Both the position numbers and the translations under genes were made by a program. Below are positions 35,557-48,191 of a stretch of DNA of 64,000 nucleotides, piece by piece. The notes under the pieces are model-generated. The model ran no database searches. It worked only from the letters and a program-made list of their open reading frames with translations, and was not told the DNA's origin. Each line of letters opens with the position of its first letter. Positions within the stretch are counted from its first letter, which is position 1. Origin of the DNA: Marsupella aquatica (lineage: Eukaryota; Plantae; Marchantiophyta); contig OZ316893.1 in NCBI GenBank assembly GCA_973895155.1, forward strand, positions 3,268,490 through 3,332,489. The letters are read 5' to 3'.

Positions 35557-36143
35557 ACACCGTGTTGCGATGTACTCCTGTGCAAGTTGGAATCGTACGG
35601 GAGTTTAGTCAGGAATTAGTTTGGGAGTTCGGAGACACTTACTCGTGTGGAGTTCCTATACGTCTGCCAGCAACCATACCAACGCAATTGAGGCAAATCT
35701 TCCACACCTGAAACAACTCTGGAAAGCCCGAAGTACCTTCAATGTACGGCCGTTGGAAATATTTTTGATGGCATACTCAACCGAGAAGGGTATCTAAGGT
35801 CTGGGGGACCGTTAAACAAATAAGTTTGTAGAGGTCAAACTCGACAAACACCTGGAGAAGATTGGACCGTTGATTAAGTCTCAGATGGATCGACCAGGGT
35901 TCAACGGAGTTGTGTGAAGGTATCCGTTGAAGTTACCGTTACTAAACCCCTAGGATACGAATGGATCCAGCCAGCGAAAGAGCCACATATACCCGTTCAA
36001 GTTACCGTTGAATCACAGGTGTTCCATAGATAGCGCCCGGCGCTAGTATTGGGGGTTATATTTATGGTGACATTGTCGTCTCCAATAGATCATATAGATC
36101 AAAATAATATCCCTATGAAACACATTTGGAACGCTTATTTTAC

Positions 36144-36880
36144 TAGCGCCCGGCGCTAGCGAAAGATCCGAATATATACATTCAAGTTACAGTTTAATAG
36201 CGGGTCTACGATAGCAAAGCTAGCAAAAGGGTCCCAATATATACGTTCAGGTTACCGTTTAATAATGGTTCTACCATAGATAGCGCCCGGCGCTAGCAAA
36301 AGGGTCCCAATATATACGTTCAGGTTACCGTTTAATAATGGTTCTACCATAGATAGCGCCCGGCGCTAGCAAAAGGGTCCCAATATATATGTTCAGGTTA
36401 CCGTTTAATAATGGGTCTATGATAGATAGCGCCCGGCGCTAGCAAAAGGGTCCCAATATATATGTTCAGGTTACCGTTTAATAATGGGTCTACGATAGAT
36501 AGCGCCCGGCGCTAGCAAAAGGGTCCCAATATATATGTTCAGGTTACCGTTTAATAATGGGTCTACGATAGATAGCGCCCGGCGCTAGCAAAAGGGTCCC
36601 AATATATATGTTCAGGTTACCGTTTAATAATGGGTCTACGATAGATAGCGCCCGACGCTAGCAAAAGGGTCCCAATATATATGTTCAGGTTACCGTTTAA
36701 TAATGGGTCTACGATAGATAGCGCCCGACGCTAGCAAAAGGGTCCCAATATATATGTTCACGTTACCGTTTAAGGTTGGGTCTTCGATGGATAGCGCCCG
36801 GCGCTAGCAAAAGGGTCCCAATATATACGTTCACGTTACCGTTTAAGGTTGGGTCTTCGATGGATAGCGCCCGGCGCTAT
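36144..36880. repeat. 73-bp tandem array (~10 units), with a TAGCGCCCGGCGCTA palindrome in nearly every unit
   Basis: Palindromes in exact 73-bp register at 36281, 36354, 36427, 36500, 36573, 36646, 36719, 36792 and 36865. Lies between the divergent ParB-like and transposase genes. Confidence 0.96.
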
Positions 36881-37322
36881 CATTGGGGTTATCTTTATGT
36901 GAACAATGTCATTTGTATTAGGTCCAATTGATCAAAATAATTGACACTCTTACTTTACTAGCGCCAGGCGCTAGTCAAATATCCCAACCTATATCCGTTC
37001 AAGTTACCGTTTAATAATGGGTCTTTATTAGATAGCGCCTGACGCTAGCATTGGGGGTTACCTTCGTAGATGATATTTGAGTCCAACTTTTCCACTCGTA
37101 CTTTGCTAGCGCCTGGCGCTAGCGAAAGAGTCTACTCAAATAAACACTCAATTGTTTCACGACAAACCAAAACATTATATACATTTGATAGCGCCAGGCG
37201 CTACCATTCAAATTTGTAATTGAATTGATATGAATTATGTTCACTTATGATACAATGTCTCATATACTGTCAAATTGTAATGCCGTTAGAAAACGACAAA
37301 CATTCATTGATGGCCGGTCATT

Positions 37323-40300
37323 TTGTCGTACTTTCAACGGTTCAATTCGTCACAAATGAATTGTCCGGAACCAAAATTCAGGAAATCATTCTCAATGGAT
37401 TTGCTAATTGTAATCTCTCGCTCTCCGCCTGGAGACCTAGTGTCGATCCTTCTCCCAAGTCCTAAGAAACATGATCATATTTCTGAGGAATTTCTTGCCA
37501 CCAGGTTTGGAATCCTTGGTGTGAGTATACGCAGAATCGTGATCTCAGGATCAGATGTGGTTGTTGATGCTCATGTCACTGGAGGAGTTCGGCATTGGAG
37601 ATTGTGCGGTGGTGTGAGGTACGACATTGTTAGTTTCGGGAAATTTGAGGTACCATCCTTGTCGTCAAAGGATATGATGAAAGTAGATTTGATTGACCTT
37701 TCAGATAGTAGTGATGATCAAGACATTTCAAAGATTCCTGTTCCTCAAAACAATGTGAAAATCGAGGAAATGGATGTGTTGACGAAGGGTGCCAATTTGA
37801 TTGTCTACCGGAGGAGTGCGCTTGATACGATTCTGCAATCAAAAGGTCAGAGTGAGATCTCTAGATTCATGCGAAGGAATGATTACAGATTTGAGCAAGT
37901 AACAAGCTTGCCTGGCACGTACAATGGGAATGTTGTTTTTGAGTTGCCTCCTGTTGTTGGAGTTTGTTCAAAAGGTGAACGTCTCCGAGACATGGATCGG
38001 GGAAAAGACTGTTACTATTGGACGCGGATTGTCACAACTTCCGCAAATGTTGTCCCCAAAAAGATGTGGGATTTTGGGAAAGTGTTTTGCACCGGTTCTC
38101 TAGAATGTCGTAACAATTCATGTGAGTTCTGGGTCGAATGTGAAAGGAGGAATGCACGGTTTTGGGGGAAAATTCCTAAGCTTTCCCGTCCGCACGTGGT
38201 CGGGCAACTCATTCCTGAAGGCGGGATTGTTTGTCATTACTGTTCGGAGCGTCCATTTTGCGTTGAATCATGTCCAGCCATGATGTTCTACATGTACGCA
38301 TCTTCCAAAGTTGAAGCGGAATCCGCTAAGCATATGTCACGTCTTGCTATTCACATGGGATTTCATAATCATCCTAGCAAGCAAGTGTTTTCCAGAGAGG
38401 CTGAAAAGGTGGCAAAGATACACTTAGAGAAAGGTTTGAGTTTGAATCCGCGTGCAACTGCTTCGGGTATGAAGAACACAGTCACCGGATCTCTTTTTAA
38501 AGCGATGTGTGAGTCATCGGTGAAAGATATTGTAATAGAGGGGTTAAGTCCTTAAGGATAGAAAAGTTATCTTATGTGAAAAAAATAGTTTTCAATGACC
38601 ATGTTGAGGACCTTGAATGACTATTTAAACATCTGTGAGTATATTAAGCTTGAATCATGCCAAGGTGCATATAAAGATGTTATGGTCCCTCATCCGACTC
38701 AATAGTGAAAGAGGAATAAAACCATAAATGGTTGGTATTGGGAAAATCTGATAGCGAGGAGAGACCTACTTCAAACCCTCAAGCAAAGGTTTAACTTTGG
38801 AATTGAGGTTCAACTTTTCACAAATTTGAGTTAGACGGCTAATTCTAAGGTGAATTAATCAGTGCATTTCAGCAACAAGTAGCTCAATCTTTTATCAAGG
38901 TTGTGTTACCCCACCTTCTAGTAGTTCATGGGAAAAATTACACCAACTAAGTGATGGAAATTGAGGAGTTATTCCAACCGGAATTTGAACCGGTTTCCAT
39001 CCGGTTTTTGAGCCGGTTTTTGATCCGGTTTGGACATACCATCCGGTAGAAAAATTACCATAACTCTCAAACCATTTATCCAAATCAAGATCTGTAAAGT
39101 GTGTTGGAAAGCTCTTTCCGATGCGGTTAAGATATATATAAAGAAGTCTGAAAATAGACTCAAAATGACCCACTTAATATTATGAGACTCCAACCGGTGC
39201 AACCAAGAGATATCCGAGATTTCCGGACAAATAATGGAATGAAGATTTGAAGCGTTGTTTCCACACCATTTGACCTTCAAGATGTCTGACTAATAGGAAG
39301 CATGATCCATGGCTAAATAACTTAACCAATCAAAATGTTGGATAAGTATGAAAGGATACTATGAAAAGATATACCCATTCATTGGAAGATGGAGAGACTC
39401 GATAGTCAAATTCTTATTACTCTGGCACTCCTACATTTTACTTACACCAATGGACATTATCTCAAGACCTCATTTTTGGAAACCTTTCACTTTGAAACCA
39501 AGAAATGTACTACTTACTTCCTATTTTACTACTACCTTTGGAGGTGTCACTTTCATGCCGAACCCTCTCAACTCCATTGATCCAGTAGTAGACTCCACAT
39601 CGGTGAAACCTGACACTTCAACTCCCAAAGAGTAAAAAGTTATTCCATCCGGAAGTTGAACCGGCTTCCCATCCGGTTTCCCACCCGGTTTTTGATCTGG
39701 TTTAGTGTTTGAAGCCCTATAAAACTTAGTATAGGAAGAATTAGACTTTGAATTTTTGCTGAGCACTTTATCTCATAGTCTAGTTTCAGACTTTAGCATT
39801 ACTTTTTACTTTTACACTTAGGTTAGGAATTGAAGAGGAATACCTCTTCAACTTTTGTTTAGAGGAGACTTGCCCCTAAGTATAAGAGGGAAAGTTTCCA
39901 CCATTTTACTCAGACTTACATTTCACTTTTGAAAGTCTCCTTCTTTGAAGAGAAGTAATAGATTCATAATTTTGGTAATCTATGAATTGTGTTTGGAATT
40001 TAGTGCGTGACCATACTTGCTAGAACCTGTTTGATGTGACTAGCAATGCCATACCGATATTCAGATTGACTGGAAGCGCATGCTTGAGTTCATGCAAAGA
40101 TCTGAATTGACTTGTGTGTTTGGAATACTTATCAAGTATTTTTGGAAGATGCGCCACACGAGAACTCACAATTACCATAGATCCAGAAGAGCAATCTGGA
40201 GAGTTGATTAAAAGAGGAAGCTTGTTCGGAGTGATGAGTACCGCTTGCTTGGACTTGGCCATAAAATTAATACGGGCTTACTTCCATATATCTTTTACAA

Positions 40301-43276
40301 ATTCTTAGATGGTTGGCTTTAAGGATTAGCTTTAGGCATCAGCCTAATTTAGTCAGACTCTCTGTTGACTCTTAATCGTGCCTAACTTAGTCATAGATTG
40401 CTAAGTGGCGAGAGGAGATGAGACATTTAAGGCTCGCTTAATCTCTCTTTACGCCTCCGGCTTTTGGTTGTTTTGTTATAGTTTTAGAATTAATTATTGC
40501 ACTGTTGATGATGCAAACATCACAATACCTGAGGATGTATTAAAAACTCCTTCCACCTGACCTAAGCATGTCGGTAAAGGCTTAAAATCTGAGATAGGTT
40601 AGCTTAACTATTTCAAAATATATTAATACAATCTTTTAGGTCTCACAAGCTCTTAACGGGAACGAATTTTGGTTGTTTAAGAGGAAAGTAGTTCATATTT
40701 CCTTAAACCCAACTCTACAGATATGATCCCAATAGAAGAGACTGAGATTTTTGAATCTCTTCAGGTGATCTCAACCCCTCAAAAATTTGTGAATCTTCTC
40801 AGAAGTATCCGGCAAGACCAAAAAGGAAGAGGGGAACTGGAATTTCTGGTTAGCATGCAAAAGAACATTTCCTTCCCTTTTCTTCAAAGGTTTTTGTTGC
40901 CCGGCCAAGGATGCCGAGATGAAAGTGCGCACATTTTCAAAATGTCCATTAAGGGTGAAGGCTGTGGTCTGGATCTTCTTCGAAGGATGACCCCCGGAGG
41001 GCCTCTTGAGGGTGCTTGGGTAAGTTTTGATGTGATGCATCGAATGACTAAGGATTGGCTTACGTTCAGTGTCCATGTTTATGACCATAACTATCGTGCA
41101 CTTTGCACGATATTCACTTGCGAGTTGCGGGCAGAAGATACAAAATCACTTGAGAGGGCTTGGCATCTAATGTTGGAGGTAGCGGCTGAAAATGGTCTTG
41201 AGAATGTACACATTCATGGTTTCATGGCGGACAATGCTCAAGCAGGTTGGAATGCTGTCAGGAATGTGTTCTTTGAGGGAATACCGAATCCTGAACGTGA
41301 ACGATCAGATGCGTTTCATTTCTTCCAGTCATTTCGGAGACACTCAATCGAAGGCATTCATGAGGGAAAGCAAGGTGAACATCGTGCCCTTTGGGATAGG
41401 TTGCGGAATGCAGAATCGTTTATTGAGGCATATCGTATTTCGAGAGAAATTGATGCGTGGTGGAGGGCTGGTAATTGTTACCCTGGGAAATTATGAATGT
41501 TGCAAGGTTGGATATCTTGGTGGGTGGTCCGATGGCGCCAATGGGGGAACTTTATCAGATTGGTGAGTTTTCTAAACACTTGTTGGTTAGCGCCTGGCGC
41601 TACTCATACTAGTTCTACTATACAGGCATTAGTACTATTGAGGGTCTCTAGGCTAGCGCCTGGCGCTACTCAAAAAGGTAATACTTGATATCCTATACAA
41701 GCATTCAGGGTTCTATTTTATATTTCTTGGCACTATTGAACTCTCTAAACTTGTTTCCTGCTTTCTACAGAGCAAGAGTGCAGAAGAAGCAGCGATGATC
41801 CCAAATTGTGGTGGATCCGAGTCGTCTCACGCGTCGATGATTGCTTGGCAAACCAAGAAGAAGGTTGGCATCTTTGAAGGGTGTGAAACAGATCAGAACA
41901 GGGCGATATCTCAAATTGCCGCCTATACGGCTTACAAAAGAGGATTGAACAGAGGGAATGGTCCAACTGTGTTTGAGTTGGCTTTCCGATCTGCTGATCT
42001 AGCGGGGTCCCCACGGTTGTTTGAAGAGGCTTCGAACCTTTTCCTTTCCAATGCGGCTGAATTCGATTTGGAAAGGAATTCACCTTTGAACGGGGATGTT
42101 GTTACACGATCAGTAAAGAGGAAGGGCCATGCTACTGGAAACGTCTGCGCTCAAGACTCCCACAGGCACGATACTGTCCTCATTACAACTCCAAACACCC
42201 GAGGTTTCAAGCGAAGAAATCTAAATAGAACTGAATTTTTGCCCATTCAATCTGAACCTCTGGTCCAAGATAGTGAAGTCGTCAATCTTATAGAGAGCGA
42301 TTGTTCCGATAGCCTTAATGAGCGGACGCCTCCTCCTCCAATGCAAACGAGGTCATCGGTGACTCCAATTACTCCCCCAGCATATGTTCTTCGGGAAGAA
42401 ACCCCGCCTGTGTTAGAGGCCAATGTTTCTTCTGGATCCTGGCATATTCGTCGAACTTCAAAGCATGGAGCCGGACCTGTTTGCAATGGATCCCTTGGCG
42501 GACAAGGAGATCGTGATGAATGTCGTAATCGATTAAAGAAGGTAGGTTACCGGAAGGCAAGTGGAGTTGTTGGTATTGCAGTTCGAGCAGCGCGGCTTTT
42601 CAGAGGGGAACCACATCCGGAACTGATCTGGTTCTGTCCAAATAATGTTTGTTACAAAAGTCGTCCTTGAAAAGGTGTGGTGAACGTTCCTCCCCCTGTC
42701 AATCACCTGCCTGTTGCATTGAGTACAAATCTTTCCGCAGCGGAGGTTGAGTTTCTGAAGGAGAATGGAATATCAATCGGTGGTGTAGGTCATGGTGTAG
42801 AAAATGCACCAATTGGACTCGATCTCCGCATTGATGTCAATACTTTCCCTGAAAGAATCAATCTAGTTGAGCCGACAATTCGTTGTTTATCTCGAAACGG
42901 AAGGACGTGCTTATAGAGAGTGCATCTAACTAAGTCGCACTATAAGAAGATTGAAGCAGCTGAGAAAGAGGAGATGAAAGTAATATGTTCCAGGGATGTT
43001 GCAACAGGAAATGGATGGGGCAAAAAAATTTGCGTCCAATCACACATCAATCACCACTCTTTGATTGCCTATTGGGTTCAGATTTGCTGCTTCCCGTGCT
43101 GTTCTTGCGAAGATTTTTACCGTCGTCATGCCCACAAAAAACCTTTCATGCCTTGCAAACATCTGTACTGGATTTATAAAAATGTTCTCAAGCTGGACCT
43201 ACGAGAATCCACATTATCAAGTCAGCCGATACTCACCGTTGGAGAAATACGTCTATTGTTGGAACAGGAAACTTGA
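37323..43276 (+). pseudogene. MULE-type DDE transposase with N-terminal Cys/His (GCM-like) domain and C-terminal SWIM finger; interrupted by a solo LTR
   Basis: CTGSLECRNNSC..CHYC..HMGFHNHP; SFDVMH, FMADNAQA, DAFH, NCGGSESSH; SWIM CSCEDF...PCKHL. In-frame intron 41563-41770; stops at 41494, 42668, 42914. Start codon uncertain. Confidence 0.82.
38531..40719. mobile_element. Solo LTR of a third family (2,189 bp, AT-rich)
   Basis: TGTA...TACA termini with 5-bp TSD GATAT (38526-38530, 40720-40724). Removal restores the transposase frame (SVKD|MIPIEE). TATA-like CCTATAAAA near 39717. Confidence 0.92.
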
Positions 43277-43925
43277 GTGGAAACCGTTGGCTATTGTGTG
43301 GTTTACGTTCAACCGTGCTTTCTTTTCTTTGTCGTTATCCAACGGCATTATCAGATAGACATTTTTTAGAATGAGTACGTTACATGTTTTTAATTTGGAG
43401 TGTCATCATAGGTAGCACCTGGCGCTAGTATTATTGACATATTGATTCAGTAATTGTCTAACGAGGGTTTTACACTGCCTTGTTTTTATTAGAGTTGGTT
43501 TTCCTGTCACACTCGTTTTACCCCACCAGGAGGTTTTTTGGGAATCATTACATTATATGTTTTTAGTTTCTTAAAGTAGAGTGTCATCAATGGTAGCGCC
43601 TGGCGCTAGTATTATTGACAATCGATTTAGATCGTGTACTTTTGAGGTTTGGACAATGCCTCGTTTTTATTAAAGTTTGGTTTCGAACGCCGTGATAAGT
43701 ACTGTGAGTCACTGGAAACATAAAATGCAATGGAGGTTTGGGATGGAGTTTTTGTTTGTTTTGCTGGTTACTGTAAATAGGAAGTAAATTTGAAGTAGGT
43801 ATTTCCTGATGTGAGTAAAAACTTTGCTCATAACAGTTACATTTTCCTGATATGAGGAAAAATTTTGCTCGTAACAGTAAAAAAAACTCCTGTTTCCTGG
43901 CACGGTGTAAACCCTCATTCTAGCG

Positions 43926-44252
43926 ATGGAATTGTGGGATAGTATGATATCCTCTGTGGAGTCATATGGTTGCAAGCACATGTTGTTGAGCAAAGGGGTT
44001 GGCATAGGCTCAAACAGCAAGCTGACAAAGAAACTTGGGCTGTCCGCCAGGATGTCATTGAAGCAGCATTGGACAGATGTTGGAGTATTCAACATCAATG
44101 AGGACCACAAAATTAGTGAATCTTGCACTCCATTGCGATCAGCTATGTGGAGAGCTGAAGTGTATAGGCCTGGCGATCACGTTGTTGTACTAGTAGATGG
44201 GAGTACAGATGCTTCACATCCTCAAAACTGGAAAGCAATACTCCAAAAGATT
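43926..44252 (+). pseudogene. CACTA transposase gene, middle fragment
   Basis: In frame with 22129 across the MULE TSD; cut again by the copia insertion (…WKAILQK|IFMHEF…). Confidence 0.8.
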
Positions 44253-44727
44253 TGTTGAGCATAGACGACGATCGCAACGGCAAGCCCATGAACCATCCAA
44301 CGCACAATAGTCGACACAAGAGATACGTGGTTCACCTCCTTGAGGCTACGTCCACGGGAACACACAAGAGAACTTTACTGAACTCTAAGCCCGTCGGCTA
44401 TACCGAGTCTCCACAGTGTAAGCTCTCCCTATCTCTCAAGTGGCTCCATAACAATGAGCCTTGGTTCTACCTCTCCAAGCACACATGCCTCTTATGATAT
44501 AGTGTGCAACTTAGTTGTACCTAACCACATAGTTGTACCTAACCACATAGTTGTACCTAATCACGTAGTTGTACCTAACCACATAGTTGTACCTAATCAC
44601 GTAGTTGTACCTAACCACATAGTTGTACCTAATCACATAGTTGTACCTAACCACGTAGTTGTACCAACCCACGTTGTTGTACCAACCACGTCATACCTAA
44701 CCTAGACGTAAGAGTAAATACCCAACA
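44253..44727 (-). repeat. Copia 3' LTR, with an 18-bp tandem repeat x10 (44512-44690)
   Basis: TGTTG...CAACA; unit TAGTTGTACCTAACCACA; PPT AAGGGGAAGAT on the minus strand at 44728-44738. Confidence 0.96.
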
Positions 44728-44918
44728 ATCTTCCCCTTGACTCTGGTCTAGGGGAGAGTAATACTGCCAATGTATATGATCCCTCAGCGGGAAGTTCTGG
44801 ACAGAAACCAAACCGGTTTCCCTCTCTAACTAGAGCAAACCAGAACTAAGCCGTAGCCTAATACATAGGAATGAGGAAGAGCATATATCAGTAATTACAA
44901 TGAATGTTTAAGAAAACT

Positions 44919-47900
44919 CTACTTGTGATGCAATTGCAAAACCTGCAATACGTCACGGTGTCTAGAGAAACTCTCCAAAGGAATCACTTTGGTAAATGCG
45001 TCAGCCGGGTTGAGTTTACCATCAATCTTGACTAGCTCAAACAAATTATCAGACACAGCCTGCCTGATAAAATGGTACCTGACGTCAATGTGCTTCACTC
45101 TACTGTCCATCACCTGGTTCACAGCAAGGTGGAGCGCACTTTGACTATCACAATGGAGCTTCACATTCCCCTATGGCAATCCCATTTCAGTGATAAGTCT
45201 ATCCAACCAAATCGCTTCCTTTGCTGCTTCTGCAGCTGCAACATACTCCGCTTCTGTAGTAGACTGAGCAATACACTTCTGCAAAGTAGACCTCCAACTT
45301 ATGCATCCACCGCCAAGTGTGAACACGTATCCTGTTGTTGATCTCCTTCGGTCCAAATCTTGTCCATAGTCAGAATCTACATAGCCAATCAATGATCTAG
45401 CATTCTTTGCATTCGCATCAAATAAAAGACCATGATCCACGGTACCCTTCAAGTACCTGATAATCCACTTCACTGCTTCCCAGTGTACCTTCCCTGGATT
45501 CGACATGTACCTGCTCACCTTGCCCATAGCCATGGCAAGATCAGGTCTAGTGCAAGTCATCAAATACATGAGACTCCCCACTGCCTTGTCATATGGAACC
45601 TTTGACATCAACCCCTTCTCTGTGTCATCCGTAGGACAGAACGCTGATGATAACTTGAAGTGTGGAGCCAACGGGGTACTTACTGGCTTGCTATTCTCCA
45701 TGTTGAACCTTGCAATTACCTTCCTCGCATAACTGCTCTGCGTCAACCATAGCTTGCCAGCCTCCAAGTCCCTAGTGATCTCCATACCCAAAATCCTCTT
45801 AGCTGGCCCTAAGTCCTTCATCTTAAACTCTGCACTAAGCAGTGCCTTGAGCTTAACAATCTCAGACCTATCCTTGGCTGCAATTAGCATGTCATCCACA
45901 TAAAGTACTAAAACAATGAACCCAAAGACAACATTCTTCACCGGTTTCAAATACACACAAGGGTCAAATACACTTCTGTGAAAACCTTGTGACCGAATCC
46001 AATCGTCAAACCGCTTGTTCCACTGTCTTGGTGACTGCTTCAACCCATACAAGGATTTCAGCAATCTGCAAACCAATTCCTCCTGTCCTCTCTTCACAAA
46101 ACCTAGCGGTTGTCTCATGAAGATCACCTCTTCCAATGTGCCATAGAGGAAAGCTGTGACAACATCCATCTGATCTAGGAGCAGACCAAACATTACAACA
46201 AGTACACACAATAGTCGTATTGTAGAGTACTTAGCAACTGGTGAGAAGACCTCATTGTAATCCACACCTTTCTCTTGTGTGAATCCCTTTGCTACCAATC
46301 TAGCCTTGTAGACCTTCGATCCACCTCCTATGGAATTATCCTTCAGCTTGTAAATCCACTTGCTGTCCACCACTTGCTGACCCTTAGGCAGCTTAACAAG
46401 CTCCCAAGTTTTGTTGTCCTTTAGTGACTGCATCTCCGTTTGCATTGCTGCAGTCCACTTCTGCTTCTCTTTTGAAGCACTTGCCTCATGAAATGAAGAA
46501 GGTTCTCCTTCTTCCAAAATTAACGCATCACCCTCATCATCAGCTGTAAAATCATCCTCTTGCAGTTGAGATGAATCAACCCACTGTCCATACCTTGATG
46601 GAGCGTGTACAGTGCGACCAGATGTTCTTCTAGTCGATGACTCCGATTGATCTGCGTGTGCTGGTACAATTTGAAGCTCAACAGCATCCACTTGTTGCTC
46701 ACCAGCATCAACAAACTCCTCTGGTTCCTCTGGCATAGGAACCAGCTCCATAATTGGAGCAACTCCTTCTCTCCGGTCATGCATCTCATAACCAATCTCC
46801 CCCTCAACGAGATCCGGGATAGGAGATTTTCCTTTGTCAGTACGGGAGACCTGAGTATTCTCCCCCTCCTTCAATAATCTGGATTCATTGAAGGAAACAT
46901 CCCTACTGACAACGAGCTTACAGGCAATAGGATCCCATAGCCTATAGGCTTTCACACCACTCTGGTACCCAAGAAAAACACATTTCCTGGAGGTAGGATC
47001 CAACTTGGTCCTATTCTGCTTTGGTGTGAGAGCATATGCATCACTTCCAAAAATTACCAAGCCATGATAGTCTGCTTGCCGCTTATAGCGCATCTCAAAC
47101 GGCGTTTTGAAATTGATAGCACTAGAAGGAGAAAGATTTACCAAATAAGCTGCGGTATTGACAGCTTCTGCCCAAAATTCTTGTGGTAAACCTGATTGGC
47201 TCAACATACTCCGTGACCGCTCCAACAGTGTCCGATTGAGCCTCTCAGCGACACCATTCTGCTGCGGAGTATAAACTGTGGTGAGATGGTGAGTTATCCC
47301 CTGTTCTGAACAGTACTCTTCAAATTCCATTGAAGTGTACTCCCCGCCGTTGTCTGACCTCAGACTCTTCACCCTTGTATCCAAACACTTGATCGTGTTT
47401 CCAGTCTGATTCTCCACCTGGGCCTTCCACTTCTTAAAAATGGACAAGACATCAGACTTATGCGTCATGAAATAAATCCACACAAATCTTGAGTAATCAT
47501 CAATAAATGATACATAGTACAACTTTCCAGAGTGTGAGGGAGTCGGGGATGGACCCCACACGTCACTATGTATGTACTCAAGAACCGCTTTGGAACGATG
47601 AGTTCCAACACCAAAAGCACGACGATGCTGCTTTCCAAGAATGCAATGCTCACAAAACTCTAATTTACAAGATTGCAAATCAGAAATGAGTCCATTCTTC
47701 CGTAAGATAGCCAAACCCTTCTCACTCATGTGGCCTAGCCGTGAATGCCACAGTTGAGTCATCTCCTCGTGAGACTTGGTTACATTGGCCTCTCCACATA
47801 CAGTATTGCCCTGTAACACATACAAATTCTTTTGTCTACTCCCCTTCAAAATCATTGTCTCTCCCGACCTGACTTGAAGTTCACCATCAATAACGCTCCA

Positions 47901-48191
47901 TTGATGACCATTTGAATCCAACACACCGAGTGAAATCAGATTCTTACGCATGCCAGGTACATACCTGACTCCGGACACTATGCGCACAGCGCCATCAAAC
48001 ATTTGAATCTTCACAGACCCAATTCCCTCAATTTGACAGGAGTGATCATTTCCCATCAGAACTGAACCGTTTGAAACAGAGTAAGAACTGAAAAACTCAC
48101 GAATGTAACAAATATGAAAAGAGCAAGCACAATCAAGAATCCACACATCATCTGCTCTCCTAGATGACGTGCACAGGGCATACCCCCGGCT
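44919..48191 (-). pseudogene. pol: Copia pol (PR, GAG-pre-integrase, INT, RT, RNase H) with an in-frame TAG at 45171
   Basis: WILDCACSFH, LWHSRLGH, HSDVWGP, RSDNGGEY, YKARLVAKGF, LYVDDML, SSTTEAEY-like QSTTEAEY, CDSQSA, KHIDVRYHF. Confidence 0.94.

Larger units (their letters stand above)
22130..43916 (+). mobile_element. Large Mutator-like element (MULE) with degenerate TIRs; ~15 kb after removing the nested solo LTRs
   Basis: 9-bp TSD ATTCTAGCG at 22121-22129 and 43917-43925. Removing the insert restores the CACTA frame (…SSQILA|MELWDS…). Ends share ACCGTG(A/C)CAG(T/G)AAA(T/C)AG in inverted orientation. Contains a MULE transposase. Confidence 0.88.

Noticed and set aside
36144-36880. CRISPR array (palindromic repeats at regular spacing)
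   Set aside because: The intervening sequences are near-identical rather than unique spacers, there are no cas genes, and the context is eukaryotic; this is a tandem repeat.
38531-40719. Coding capacity in the third-family solo LTR
   Set aside because: Only short ORFs (~100 aa or less), several arising from CCGG-rich internal repeats; looks like a conventional non-coding LTR.
44454-44705. ORF with VVPNHI repeats (also 49944-50195)
   Set aside because: By-product of the 18-bp LTR repeat, antisense to the element.
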